IMG/VR virus record: IMGVR_UViG_3300037067_007193
Coordinates: 11,589-75,588 of that record
Strand: one strand, 5' to 3'
Length of the DNA stretch: 64,000 nt
From: a virus
Lineage: Duplodnaviria; Caudoviricetes
The notes beneath the pieces are model-generated. The model worked only from the letters and a program-made list of their open reading frames with translations, did not search any database and was not told the DNA's origin. Position numbers and translations under genes: made by a program. Of the stretch, positions 55,547 through 64,000 are shown piece after piece; position 1 is the first letter of the stretch, and every line of letters starts with the position of its first letter.

Positions 55547-55825
55547 TCACCACTCCGTTTTTACGGCGATAGGATGCTCCTTAAAGCCACGGAAGAAAAG
55601 CTCTTCTTCGACAAAGCGTTGAAGCTCCAAACAGTCTGGTGCGGCTTCTGAGATTGTAACTTGGATCGCATTTTCCCTGTCCGCGTCCGTGGTCAGCACC
55701 GCCTCGATACAACTCAAATCGGCCCAATTTATCGGCTCCGGGAAGTCGTCTTTGTGCTTCTCAGCTTCAGCGAGAATCTTGTCCGTTTCGGCCTGGACGG
55801 ACTCTAAAAGTGCTTTCAGGATCAT
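55547..55825 (-). CDS. hypothetical protein
   Basis: ATGA overlap, GGGAG RBS. Confidence 0.6.
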   Translation of the reverse strand: MILKALLESVQAETDKILAEAEKHKDDFPEPINWADLSCIEAVLTTDADRENAIQVTISEAAPDCLELQRFVEEELFFRGFKEHPIAVKTEW

Positions 55826-56031
55826 CCGTTCTCCCGTGGTGCCGTTGAAGTATAGCAAGCTGGGTTGTAATCGAGAGTGTTCATCAGACTGCGATAACCC
55901 CAAACGCACTGGCCCGCGACCGCCGCAAACAGAATAAAAGCGCCGTAGTGCGCCTGCATGAGTTCGTAAAACGCGATGAAACAGTGAGCCGCGCAAAGGA
56001 ATTTAAACATATCCAGCAGAAACTCTTTCAT
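55822..56031 (-). CDS. small membrane protein
   Basis: Two hydrophobic segments; ATGA overlap. Confidence 0.55.
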   Translation of the reverse strand: MKEFLLDMFKFLCAAHCFIAFYELMQAHYGAFILFAAVAGQCVWGYRSLMNTLDYNPACYTSTAPRENG

Positions 56032-56348
56032 CCGTTCTCCCGTGCCCGCAAAAGGGCGGATTGAACCATGTCCCGTTCTTCTTGTGTAAAATCTTCGGGA
56101 GTTAATTGACGCCATAGCATTTCCAGCGCCTTGACCAGCTCTTCACGCTGGCGGGTGAGTTTCCAGCACTCCGCGTAAAGCTCCGGCGCGGCGGCGATAA
56201 TTTCTTTGTTCGCCGACTGTTCTTCTTCCCAATCATCGTCTTTATCGAATGTGGCTATCTGCCTGAAATTTCCGTTGACATTGGCGTATAAATATCTGTC
56301 GGCGGCAATCCCCCACGGCCCCGGTGTGAACCCTTTTATCTCTTTCAT
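56028..56348 (-). CDS. phage protein of the TPGPW...IIAAAPEL type
   Basis: FTPGPW and ANKEIIAAAPELY motifs. Confidence 0.7.
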   Translation of the reverse strand: MKEIKGFTPGPWGIAADRYLYANVNGNFRQIATFDKDDDWEEEQSANKEIIAAAPELYAECWKLTRQREELVKALEMLWRQLTPEDFTQEERDMVQSALLRARENG

Positions 56349-56827
56349 TTTCCCCGCCTTTCTGCCAGCCAGAGAAGGGCTTGACGGTATCCTTCTACCG
56401 TGGTGTCTGTAACATAGATATTTTCCAGCTTGCCCTTGTGTATGTCGTCTGTTACCGTCATCGGCCCGCGAAAAATGAACGTGGTTCCTCCACCATACCT
56501 GCTGACTTCTAATTCATTCCCGCCCTCGTCGCACCATTCCTTTCCCACCTTCTCCTGAATCTTTATCTGCCATTCGGGAGTGGAAAAATCAGGCAATACA
56601 TCCACCTCCGGAAAGCCGCTGAAATATTTTCCGTCCAGTGTTTTTGAGTGTGCGTTACCGCCCTGTTCTCCAAACTCCGCAATACCGCGCTCAATGGCTC
56701 CAGGCAGAAACCAGCCGCTCGTTTTAAACCAGCGGTCATAGCCATCAAATGCGCGATATTCAACGCGCTCCCACCCAAATGCTTCCGCTATTTTCTTGGC
56801 CTTGATTATCTTCCCCGTGTCTGTCAT
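56345..56827 (-). CDS. hypothetical protein
   Basis: 160 aa, ATGA overlaps. Confidence 0.6.
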   Translation of the reverse strand: MTDTGKIIKAKKIAEAFGWERVEYRAFDGYDRWFKTSGWFLPGAIERGIAEFGEQGGNAHSKTLDGKYFSGFPEVDVLPDFSTPEWQIKIQEKVGKEWCDEGGNELEVSRYGGGTTFIFRGPMTVTDDIHKGKLENIYVTDTTVEGYRQALLWLAERRGK

Positions 56828-57024
56828 TGCTGCTCCATTGTTGTAACTACTATCCGCATCGGGGAATAGGGAAAGTAGAGTGTCTTGCCTTCTTGTAATT
56901 GCAGTACCGCAAGCGGCATCCCGTTTTCACGCTCAACCACCATGCGCGTTATGCTCTGGTTCGCCATAAAAAGCCGGTACAACACGCCAATTTCTTCTGA
57001 TGACATTGGGATTTCCTGTATCAT
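56824..57024 (-). CDS. hypothetical protein
   Basis: 66 aa in the leftward run. Confidence 0.45.
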   Translation of the reverse strand: MIQEIPMSSEEIGVLYRLFMANQSITRMVVERENGMPLAVLQLQEGKTLYFPYSPMRIVVTTMEQQ

Positions 57025-57063
57025 CTTTCCCTCTCGGACATTTTTGTCCTGTTTGAGAATTAT

Positions 57064-57402
57064 TTACCGTTTCCCCGCCTTGCTCATCCTGTCCAGATAT
57101 GGCAAATCTTCGGGATCGAATACTTGCTTGGCTTCCTCAAATGAGTCGTACACATCACCATCTAACCCGAACCAGATTTCTCCGTTATCAAGACGGATAA
57201 TCGCCAGTCTGCCAGTCTGCGTTGAACAATTATCGGGGTTTGAGACCAGACCGTTCCGCAGCCGTACCAGTGTATTAACTATGTCTGACCATTTTACCGG
57301 ATTAACCCACGTCCATTTTCTTTGCTGGTAGACCGGAGCAAGGGCAAAAGCGGCCTCTATCGGATCGGTGAAAACAACTTTCTGCTGTTCATGATTTATC
57401 AC
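57064..57402 (-). CDS. hypothetical protein
   Basis: 112 aa, overlap with upstream stop. Confidence 0.55.
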   Translation of the reverse strand: MINHEQQKVVFTDPIEAAFALAPVYQQRKWTWVNPVKWSDIVNTLVRLRNGLVSNPDNCSTQTGRLAIIRLDNGEIWFGLDGDVYDSFEEAKQVFDPEDLPYLDRMSKAGKR

Positions 57403-57734
57403 TTTTCCTCCATCTCCACGCCCACGAGGGCGCAGATTTTATTCAGCAGTCCCTTCCGGGCTTTCTTGGGTGTGTTGCTAAGATGCGAATAAATAGCTTC
57501 CAGCCACTCAAATGGCATAGTTTCCGGATCAAGCCAATCACTGCGTCCAGACTGTACTTCTATCGGAGCTTGCAATGGCATCTCAAGCCAAACCCATCCG
57601 TCTACCGGGCTACCCATGTCAGAAAGGGTGGTCTTATAGGCTCCCACGGCAAGCCAAAATTCCTTGCATTTTCCCTGTGTCACTTTTCCTCCTTTTCTTG
57701 TCCCTCGCCCTACAGTGACCACAATGCCCTTCAA
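57399..57734 (-). CDS. hypothetical protein
   Basis: 111 aa. Confidence 0.5.
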   Translation of the reverse strand: MKGIVVTVGRGTRKGGKVTQGKCKEFWLAVGAYKTTLSDMGSPVDGWVWLEMPLQAPIEVQSGRSDWLDPETMPFEWLEAIYSHLSNTPKKARKGLLNKICALVGVEMEEK

Positions 57735-57840
57735 ATCCGCATTTCTTCGTCAACGGATTGTTTCACATTTTTGCGCGTACTACTTGCGGGAAATGCGCTG
57801 TAGTAATAGATTTGGGGTAAGGAGAGGCAGGAACAACTCA

Positions 57841-57888
57841 TGACTCTGGATCAGGAGTCTCCAGGTTCGAGTCCTGGTCGGGCAACCA
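57841..57888 (+). other. 3' half of tRNA-Gln(CUG), probable attP core
   Basis: TGA-CTCTGGA-TCAGG, AGTCT, CCAGG-TTCGAGT-CCTGG, TCGGGCA-A-CCA; no upstream D-arm or acceptor partner. Confidence 0.75.
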
Positions 57889-57929
57889 TTTGACGCGGGT
57901 TTGCCGGTTCTTGGTCATGAGTGTTCGAC

Positions 57930-58196
57930 TCAGCCTTGCCCTACGTTGACCACCTTTACCTGCAAATCCTCAGAAGCCTCGGTTGTCTCCGCAGCCGGGG
58001 CTTCGCTTTTTAGTCTGTCTATGTGCCAGATACCCATTGCTAAAGCAATCATCGGGTCTCGCGTGCAAAGCCATTTCATAATCTCTGCGGCCTGTTCCGC
58101 ATCTCCTTTGGCCAAGCGCAAGGCTTCGTCCAACATCTCGTCAACCATCTCGGGGATATTTGGCGGATTAAGCAGCCTTGCCAGTCTATCTTTCAC
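57930..58196 (-). CDS. hypothetical protein
   Basis: GTGA overlap, GGAGG RBS. Confidence 0.55.
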   Translation of the reverse strand: MKDRLARLLNPPNIPEMVDEMLDEALRLAKGDAEQAAEIMKWLCTRDPMIALAMGIWHIDRLKSEAPAAETTEASEDLQVKVVNVGQG

Positions 58197-58411
58197 TCTT
58201 CCTCCTTTGCCTGGGCGGGGCTATCTATGACGGGCGAAAAAAGCAATCCGGTCGTATTGTGGTACGGCCCACGGGCGCGTATTGTAACCCCATCCTTGCA
58301 TAGTTTAGCATAGAACAATTTCCCCGACATCCTGTCTATCCAATCACGCTCAAAGTCGGTTTCTGACACAAGAGAAAATCCACTTTCAAGGGGGTTGTTT
58401 AAAGCTATCAT
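58193..58411 (-). CDS. hypothetical protein
   Basis: AAGGAGGAGTAGGATG junction. Confidence 0.55.
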   Translation of the reverse strand: MIALNNPLESGFSLVSETDFERDWIDRMSGKLFYAKLCKDGVTIRARGPYHNTTGLLFSPVIDSPAQAKEEE

Positions 58412-58412
58412 C

Positions 58413-58619
58413 CTACTCCTCCTTCTCTGCCGAAACTCTGTTTTCCGAACACTTGGGACAATAATAAAACATCTTCCCCTTGCCTCTTGCGGCTGTCCAT
58501 CCTTTCGATTTGGCCTTTGTGCGGGCATGAGAGGCAAGATACTTATTACTCCAAGGGCTCATTTGAAAAATCTGCCCGCAGCCATTGCAGTGCAAGGCCC
58601 TTTCATTCTTTAAATACAT
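58413..58619 (-). CDS. small zinc-binding protein
   Basis: CNGC...CPKC; AAGGAGGAATAGGATG junction. Confidence 0.6.
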   Translation of the reverse strand: MYLKNERALHCNGCGQIFQMSPWSNKYLASHARTKAKSKGWTAARGKGKMFYYCPKCSENRVSAEKEE

Positions 58620-58620
58620 C

Positions 58621-58983
58621 CTATTCCTCCTTCTGCACCGTTCCGGGAAGTATGTAGATACAATTCGCGGCGCGGGGTTGGAAAAACAATTCATGGTGTC
58701 CCGATATAGACAAAACAGGCCTGCCATCATCCTCTCTCAGCATAACTTCAATCTCTTGTTTGCCCTTTAACTTAAACGAATAACCACATTCTGGCACTGG
58801 CACTTCATATAGATCGTCCATGCCAATTTGCGCCATTACACGAGAACCAGCCTGGACGTTCTTGGCGGTAGCCGATTCGAGGGCTTGCTCTAAGTCGCGT
58901 TGGCGATTTTCCATGTCCTGAATATAACACCGCGTCCACCGGGGTAACTTCTTGATTTGTTCTTCTGCGGGTCTCTCTTCCAT
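58621..58983 (-). CDS. hypothetical protein
   Basis: AAGGAGGAGTAGGATG junction. Confidence 0.6.
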   Translation of the reverse strand: MEERPAEEQIKKLPRWTRCYIQDMENRQRDLEQALESATAKNVQAGSRVMAQIGMDDLYEVPVPECGYSFKLKGKQEIEVMLREDDGRPVLSISGHHELFFQPRAANCIYILPGTVQKEE

Positions 58984-58984
58984 C

Positions 58985-59182
58985 CTACTCCTCCTTTGCC
59001 TGGGCGGGAAAAGCATTCAACTCGGGGTGCTTCGAAATCGCTGCGCCCACCCACTGACCGACCTTGCTGTCTATCCACTCCTGTTTTACTTCTTCTGGTG
59101 GATTCAGCCAGAACCGCTTTGATTCAGCGCACCACAATTCCTCTGCCGCTTCTCGTAGCGCGGCTTCCATAAGAGTCTTCAT
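58985..59182 (-). CDS. hypothetical protein
   Basis: ATGA overlap with the integrase stop. Confidence 0.55.
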   Translation of the reverse strand: MKTLMEAALREAAEELWCAESKRFWLNPPEEVKQEWIDSKVGQWVGAAISKHPELNAFPAQAKEE

Positions 59183-60492
59183 CCTATCCTCGTTTGTCTC
59201 TCCGCTATCCCTCGGCAGTCACCTTGCGAGAGGTAGTGGTGTTGAGTAGTTGAAAAATCCTCGTGCCCCATTCCATTTTGTAGCTCAAGAGCATCTGCAC
59301 CCTCAGAGCGAATGTTTGCAGCATACACCCGGCGCAGATCGTGGAAACACATAGGAACTTTCTGTCCTGCTTGAATTGCTGTCAAGCCAAGAGCTTCAAC
59401 CGCAGCCTCGAAACCGGTCAACTTGGTATGCCCATCCAGGCGTTTCCCGAACCTGGACACGAACATCGGGCCTTCCTCTCTGTCCCCGATGTTTCTGACA
59501 AGTATCTCCGTTGCGTGCGGGCTGACTACCACAGTCTGATGCTTGCCCCCTTTTCTGCGGATAGTCACCCGGCTGAACACCCGGCACTGAATGTCCTTCG
59601 GAAGAACTTGAACATCCTCACAGCGCAGGCTGAATATCTCGTCCTTCCTCAGTCCGGTGTAGATGCCGAACATAACCATGTCCCGGTGCAGCTTGTTCCC
59701 GATTGCGTTCACGAGCGTCGTCTGTTCATCGCGGCTCAGGGATATTTCCCGCTTGTTGTCCTTCTTGGGCATGTCCATCTTGCCCTTGAGCGGATTAGTT
59801 TCGAGAAGCCCATCCTTGAGCGCTTGAGACAGCATTGCGCGGATCAGGTTTATCTCGGTGCAGATCGAGCTTGCGCTTGCCCCCTGCTGCTGCCGTCTGT
59901 AGACATAGGCGTCTATCGTGTACGGCTGGAGCAGTGACATTGGGCACCCTATCATTTCGGTGGACTCACCGATATGTTTCCAAGAGCATTCATAGCTGGC
60001 CCGCGTGTTCGTAGATACTTTTTTGCCGTGCCGGTCGAGGAACTTCAACCAGTACATCGAAAGCGTGACCGCCTGAGACTTAGCCTTCTCCTGCTTAACA
60101 AGTAATTCAAGTTTGGGATCGCGGCCCTCCTTTACACAACTCCACGTGAAATCGGAATGCTGTTTGGCTGCATCGTATCCGTCAAACTGTGCGCGCCTCC
60201 GCACGCCCATGAAGCGATAATCCACAACCCACTTTCCGTGTCTGTTCCGCTTTGGCTCCGGGTAACGCTCCATAACACCCTCCATGCCGCCGCGCACTTC
60301 CCGCGACTTCAACTTGTCACGGCGGCCTGAGAGTGTCAAGCATGACGCCTGATTTATTCGCCACTTGCGATATGTCCCGGACGGGTTTACATCCCGGCAT
60401 TCAAGCAAGCCATCCTGAACCATGCGGAAAAGTGACTGCTTCCCCACGCTCAGGGTTTCGCACGCCTGCTTGACTGTAAGCCAGTGAGACAT
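59179..60492 (-). CDS. int: tyrosine integrase with in-frame N-terminal excisionase-like HTH
   Basis: TGLRKDE, HDLRR, MGHEDFSTTQHHY; N-terminal WLTVKQACETLSVGKQSLFRMVQDG. Confidence 0.88.
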   Translation of the reverse strand: MSHWLTVKQACETLSVGKQSLFRMVQDGLLECRDVNPSGTYRKWRINQASCLTLSGRRDKLKSREVRGGMEGVMERYPEPKRNRHGKWVVDYRFMGVRRRAQFDGYDAAKQHSDFTWSCVKEGRDPKLELLVKQEKAKSQAVTLSMYWLKFLDRHGKKVSTNTRASYECSWKHIGESTEMIGCPMSLLQPYTIDAYVYRRQQQGASASSICTEINLIRAMLSQALKDGLLETNPLKGKMDMPKKDNKREISLSRDEQTTLVNAIGNKLHRDMVMFGIYTGLRKDEIFSLRCEDVQVLPKDIQCRVFSRVTIRRKGGKHQTVVVSPHATEILVRNIGDREEGPMFVSRFGKRLDGHTKLTGFEAAVEALGLTAIQAGQKVPMCFHDLRRVYAANIRSEGADALELQNGMGHEDFSTTQHHYLSQGDCRGIAERQTRIG

Positions 60493-60797
60493 TATTTATT
60501 CCTCTTGTCTATTCCGCACGCCTTGAGCGCACAGTAAAGAATGTCGTAAGGGCCTCGTTCGGTTCTTTGAAAACCCTCGATATGTCCAACCTCTACCAAG
60601 TCCATTGAGCCGTCCTGCAACTCTCCGCGTTTCCAGACCTGTTTCAACGTACCTGTCCACGGCGCAGACTTTTTCAGCGTGCAGAAGTAGTTGCCGCGCA
60701 CCTGATCGCCGCCCTTATTGGCTATTTCCACAATCCCGATAGGCCGTTTCTTAGACTCATCGCCGTGCGGTACAAGCTCTATGGTGCAACGCAGCAT
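60492..60797 (-). CDS. hypothetical phage protein
   Basis: GGAGG RBS; TAATG overlap with int. Confidence 0.65.
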   Translation of the reverse strand: MLRCTIELVPHGDESKKRPIGIVEIANKGGDQVRGNYFCTLKKSAPWTGTLKQVWKRGELQDGSMDLVEVGHIEGFQRTERGPYDILYCALKACGIDKRNK

Positions 60798-60897
60798 TTC
60801 TAAACCTCCACAGTTACTTGCACTTGCGAAGTTTTGTACAAAAACGCAACCAACTACGAACTTTTGGTAGCGATTCTATCCAGAACTTGTCCATTTA

Positions 60898-61098
60898 TTA
60901 ACTTTTTAACAATTCCGACTCACGCCTTTTTCTTAAATTGGGGGTGCGCTCGTATAAACTTGTTAAAAGCAAATACAATCTCGCCTCTTCCGCCATGAAG
61001 GGGTTGTCATCACGCCGAGACATTGTTTCATATATCCTAAACAAAGAATCATAAATATCTGAAAGTCGTCTTTCGTGTGTACGCCTGAGCATTATCAT
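60898..61098 (-). CDS. hypothetical protein
   Basis: 66 aa. Confidence 0.45.
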   Translation of the reverse strand: MIMLRRTHERRLSDIYDSLFRIYETMSRRDDNPFMAEEARLYLLLTSLYERTPNLRKRRESELLKS

Positions 61099-61099
61099 T

Positions 61100-61555
61100 C
61101 TATGCCCTTTCTAAAATAAACAGCCCTGTTTTGGTGTAACCGCAATGCTTCCATCCGGCGCATAAGAAACAATACCCTGGATTCCGAGATTGTATAGCCT
61201 CAGCGCGAACGTAAGTGTAGTGCCTCTCACCAGACCAGCAGAAATCAGCGATGGCGTCAGCCTCTCGGATAAGGTCAGACGACAGGTGTTGGCTTTCGTT
61301 GCGAAACACGGCACAGTTGATTCCGGTTTGTCCGCTGTCATCTTTAAACTTGCGCCAGACATACAATGCTTCTCTTTTGGGAAGTGTAAGGACTAATTTC
61401 TGCCCCGGCCCTACAAAAAGTTTCGGGGTTCTGCCATCCCTATACTTATATGCTGAGTAGTGCCGCTCATACATTGCCCTCAGTTCCAGTTCGCCGTCTT
61501 GCGCGATAATCCAATGCGGTCCATTCTGTCGGCACATCTGCTCAACTACCGACAT
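61100..61555 (-). CDS. putative Mom-like (GNAT-fold) protein
   Basis: RHYS...VGPG.KLVL...NCAVFRNE...TYV...S.NPGYCF..AGW..CG.TK. Confidence 0.5.
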   Translation of the reverse strand: MSVVEQMCRQNGPHWIIAQDGELELRAMYERHYSAYKYRDGRTPKLFVGPGQKLVLTLPKREALYVWRKFKDDSGQTGINCAVFRNESQHLSSDLIREADAIADFCWSGERHYTYVRAEAIQSRNPGYCFLCAGWKHCGYTKTGLFILERA

Positions 61556-61763
61556 TTTGGGTTCTATCCTTTTTCTGTTCAATCGAACGCTCCGGGCGCT
61601 CAAGGGTGGCGTCAATCATTTCAATAATTACCATATACCCGTATTCGTTTGTTGTGCGATACTTTATTTCGGCATAGCGTTTTATATCGCGCAGCGTTCT
61701 TTCGTATCTTCTCTCCGCGCCCTCGTCTACCTCGTAAGGGCGTCCGTTCAGGTCGTAGATCAT
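61542..61763 (-). CDS. hypothetical protein
   Basis: ATGA overlap. Confidence 0.5.
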   Translation of the reverse strand: MIYDLNGRPYEVDEGAERRYERTLRDIKRYAEIKYRTTNEYGYMVIIEMIDATLERPERSIEQKKDRTQNVGS

Positions 61764-62059
61764 TTGCCGGACTCCTGTAAGTAATTTTCTCTCGCTTCTT
61801 TAAGTTGTGTGATGTTCTCGTTTATTATCACGGCTTCTTCCCGATCTACAAACTGGCAACTCATAAACATTGGCTGCCCGTTTATTGCCATCGGTCCGGC
61901 TTTATCTAAATACTCAAATGCGTGACAGGCCCCAATAGGAGCGCCAGCCAAGCGCAGAATTAAAAAAGAATCAATAGCATGTTCTCCTAACCATGTCCCA
62001 AACACCCGGCCATTAAAAATATCTTCGGCCAAAATCTTTAACTCAGCTTCTGTTCTCAT
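61760..62059 (-). CDS. hypothetical protein
   Basis: ATGA overlap, AGGAG RBS. Confidence 0.6.
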   Translation of the reverse strand: MRTEAELKILAEDIFNGRVFGTWLGEHAIDSFLILRLAGAPIGACHAFEYLDKAGPMAINGQPMFMSCQFVDREEAVIINENITQLKEARENYLQESGK

Positions 62060-62424
62060 ATGCCGGACTCCTTCGCGGCCTTGAGCGCGGCGGTAAGGGC
62101 AGAAAGACGGGTATCCGCTTCAATTTTAACTTTGCGATATTTCCCACCCACATCTTCGTATACAAACTCAACTTTGAATCTTGCTTGACCAGACCACGAC
62201 CATATACGATGGATAAGGAAGGAAAACCATTTCCCATTCGAGAGGTTTTCCAGTTCCCGCATCAGCATCCCGACAAGCTCGTCCTCGGAAGGATGAGTGC
62301 ATTCCATCTCAGCCAGTGACTTCTTTCTACCATCTTCATGTTCCCATACCGGTGTGTTGTTTCCGTCACCGCCCCAATAGGTCCACCCCAGCACCTCCAG
62401 CGCGGCCTTGATTTCATCGGTCAT
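62056..62424 (-). CDS. hypothetical protein
   Basis: GGAGG RBS; C-terminal ADTRLSALTAAL. Confidence 0.6.
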   Translation of the reverse strand: MTDEIKAALEVLGWTYWGGDGNNTPVWEHEDGRKKSLAEMECTHPSEDELVGMLMRELENLSNGKWFSFLIHRIWSWSGQARFKVEFVYEDVGGKYRKVKIEADTRLSALTAALKAAKESGI

Positions 62425-62627
62425 TTTTCCTCCGACACTTCCGTAGCCAAAAGGATAGCGTGGGCAATCTCGCGGGCTTTTTTAGGCGTGAAATAGTGTT
62501 CATCAAATGCCGTGTTTACATCAATATCTACCCGTCTATCCTGAATACTGATACCGGCGCTTTCGCATCGCGGTATTTCGTATACATATCCATCGCGCAA
62601 AATCTTCTTTATCTTTTCGTCGGTCAT
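62421..62627 (-). CDS. hypothetical protein
   Basis: 68 aa. Confidence 0.55.
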   Translation of the reverse strand: MTDEKIKKILRDGYVYEIPRCESAGISIQDRRVDIDVNTAFDEHYFTPKKAREIAHAILLATEVSEEK

Positions 62628-62630
62628 GGT

Positions 62631-62873
62631 TCACCACCCGCCATAAGGTTTTGTTTCATCCCGCATATCTTTGAGTGTCATCCGCGCTGCCTCCTGGAGC
62701 TTTATAAGTTCCGTTCTATTCAGCGTGACTATGGCCTCTGCTTCGTTTCCGTCCGGGTCAACACCGCGCACCTTCATCTGGCAAACGGACGGATGTATCT
62801 TGTCAAAGTCCACACGCTCAAACCAGTCCACATGCCAATCGGAAACTACGCTACGCATCTTTTCCCCTTTCAT
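62631..62873 (-). CDS. hypothetical protein
   Basis: 80 aa. Confidence 0.55.
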   Translation of the reverse strand: MKGEKMRSVVSDWHVDWFERVDFDKIHPSVCQMKVRGVDPDGNEAEAIVTLNRTELIKLQEAARMTLKDMRDETKPYGGW

Positions 62874-62892
62874 TTAGCCGAGTACGAAAGTT

Positions 62893-63297
62893 TCAAACAG
62901 ACGCTATCCGAATGTTCAGCCCTTCTCGCATGGAGAAGCTATAATACTTCCGCACGGTCAACTGACACACTTGGCTGTCATCTTTGTAGGCTATGCCGTT
63001 CAATGAGTCGGCGCAGAGTTTTCCGACATTATCACAATCGGGAGTTACAGTGTGCCACCTACCGGATGCGATACTTTCGGCTATCCGCTTCTTGCTCCAC
63101 GATTTCGGGTACAGAAACTCGGCATCGACTTCCAGAATAACCGGCCCGTCTATCGGCCTGACGCCAGCGGCTTGTGCCGACAGTGCGATAAGCTTTTCCG
63201 CCGCTACCGTCTTAGCTGGCGTGTATGTATGCATCCCGCCGCGTGTCACTCTCGGACGGCCCTTGCCAATCGGCGTCATGGGAACGAAAAACTTCAT
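62893..63297 (-). CDS. rusA: RusA-family Holliday junction resolvase
   Basis: KGRPR, TPDCDNVGKLCADSLNGIAYKDDSQV. Confidence 0.9.
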   Translation of the reverse strand: MKFFVPMTPIGKGRPRVTRGGMHTYTPAKTVAAEKLIALSAQAAGVRPIDGPVILEVDAEFLYPKSWSKKRIAESIASGRWHTVTPDCDNVGKLCADSLNGIAYKDDSQVCQLTVRKYYSFSMREGLNIRIASV

Positions 63298-63542
63298 TTC
63301 GCGCTCCCCTGCAAGTACCTGTCTATCACGTTCAGGATAGCCCGGTTGACTGGCTTGTCATCACCCTGGTCCGCGCCGCTGAGTATCTGGTACAGCCGGT
63401 ATCTCTCTCCCATCAGGTCGAACGCTTGGGCGAACTGAGTCATGTCTTTAAACTCTTCGATGATTTTTTTCTTGACTGCGCGGCGTTCTTCTGCCACTTC
63501 TTGCGACCACGGCAGAGGCTCTTTTCTTGGGCTACGTCCCAT
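63294..63542 (-). CDS. hypothetical protein, possible HTH
   Basis: ATGA overlap with rusA; TQFAQAF...LYQILSG. Confidence 0.45.
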   Translation of the reverse strand: MGRSPRKEPLPWSQEVAEERRAVKKKIIEEFKDMTQFAQAFDLMGERYRLYQILSGADQGDDKPVNRAILNVIDRYLQGSAK

Positions 63543-63794
63543 GTGCGACTCCTGGGTTTAAGTTTAGTTGGCGGCGGCTTTCGCTGATGAACTTTAGGCA
63601 AACCGCTATAGTTGGCATTCATCAGCTACTCACCGCCGCCGTTCTGGAAGTGGCCCCTGATCGGGTCTATGGATGCCTTTAAATGCGGTGCACTCACGCA
63701 AGGCAACGCCGCTTCCATTCTGCTGGCGGGCCGGGATTCCACACAGGAGGATGATGTCCCAAACGAATCCCACGCTGCCCGCCATGTCAAAGAA

Positions 63795-64000
63795 CTATTC
63801 TCCTTTAGGAATAGATGAATTATGCCAGCCCGTAGCCTTTGCATTAGCTCTCATATATCTCTGCTTATGATGACAAGACAGAGTTGTAACGGCCTTTACA
63901 GAATCCCACGGAGGAGGCATGTCAATCGGGATAAACTTACGCTTACATACATTCGCATTTTCATACGACCAGCATTCCCCCGTTGTGCTGTTGCCACCGT
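63795..64000 (-). CDS. C-terminal part of a gene entering from beyond the window
   Basis: Open frame from the edge to TAG (GGNSTTGECWSYENANVCKRKF...IPKGE). Confidence 0.4.
   Translation of the reverse strand, partial: GGNSTTGECWSYENANVCKRKFIPIDMPPPWDSVKAVTTLSCHHKQRYMRANAKATGWHNSSIPKGE

Noticed and set aside
57812-57888. Complete tRNA-Gln gene
   Set aside because: Upstream sequence cannot pair with TCGGGCA and has no D-arm; only the 3' half is present
63724-63784. Nested hairpin TGGCGGG/CCCGCCA enclosing GGGATTC/GAATCCC
   Set aside because: Real stems, but no recognisable riboswitch core and the context is cut by the window edge

Overview
The whole window reads as one tailed-phage genome segment with a P22/podovirus-like virion module, and no host housekeeping genes are visible. 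Rightward block (about 2.5-47.8 kb): TerS, about 12 kb of accessory genes, TerL, portal, GroES, scaffold, capsid, an Endonuclease VII-type HNH, duplicated virion proteins, a gp10-like tail hub, ejection proteins including a 2278-aa polyvalent protein, a tail fibre, secreted proteins and a lysis cassette. Leftward blocks (1-2.1 kb and 52.3-64 kb): small early genes, DUF5131, an Xis-like HTH fused to a tyrosine integrase, and RusA. A 3' half of tRNA-Gln(CUG) at 57841-57888 looks like an intact attP. A 4178-bp IS1-family transporter element (16-bp TIRs, 8-bp target duplication) carrying a GmrSD-like gene and a probable small RNA splits a small phage gene. The most unusual items are a sigma54-type promoter plus pilin/pseudopilin cassette, five jelly-roll-like domains nested inside each other in the tail hub, and a 132-nt tRNA-like RNA beside phosphoesterase and HAD/kinase genes. 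All family assignments come from motif recognition by eye; no searches were run.
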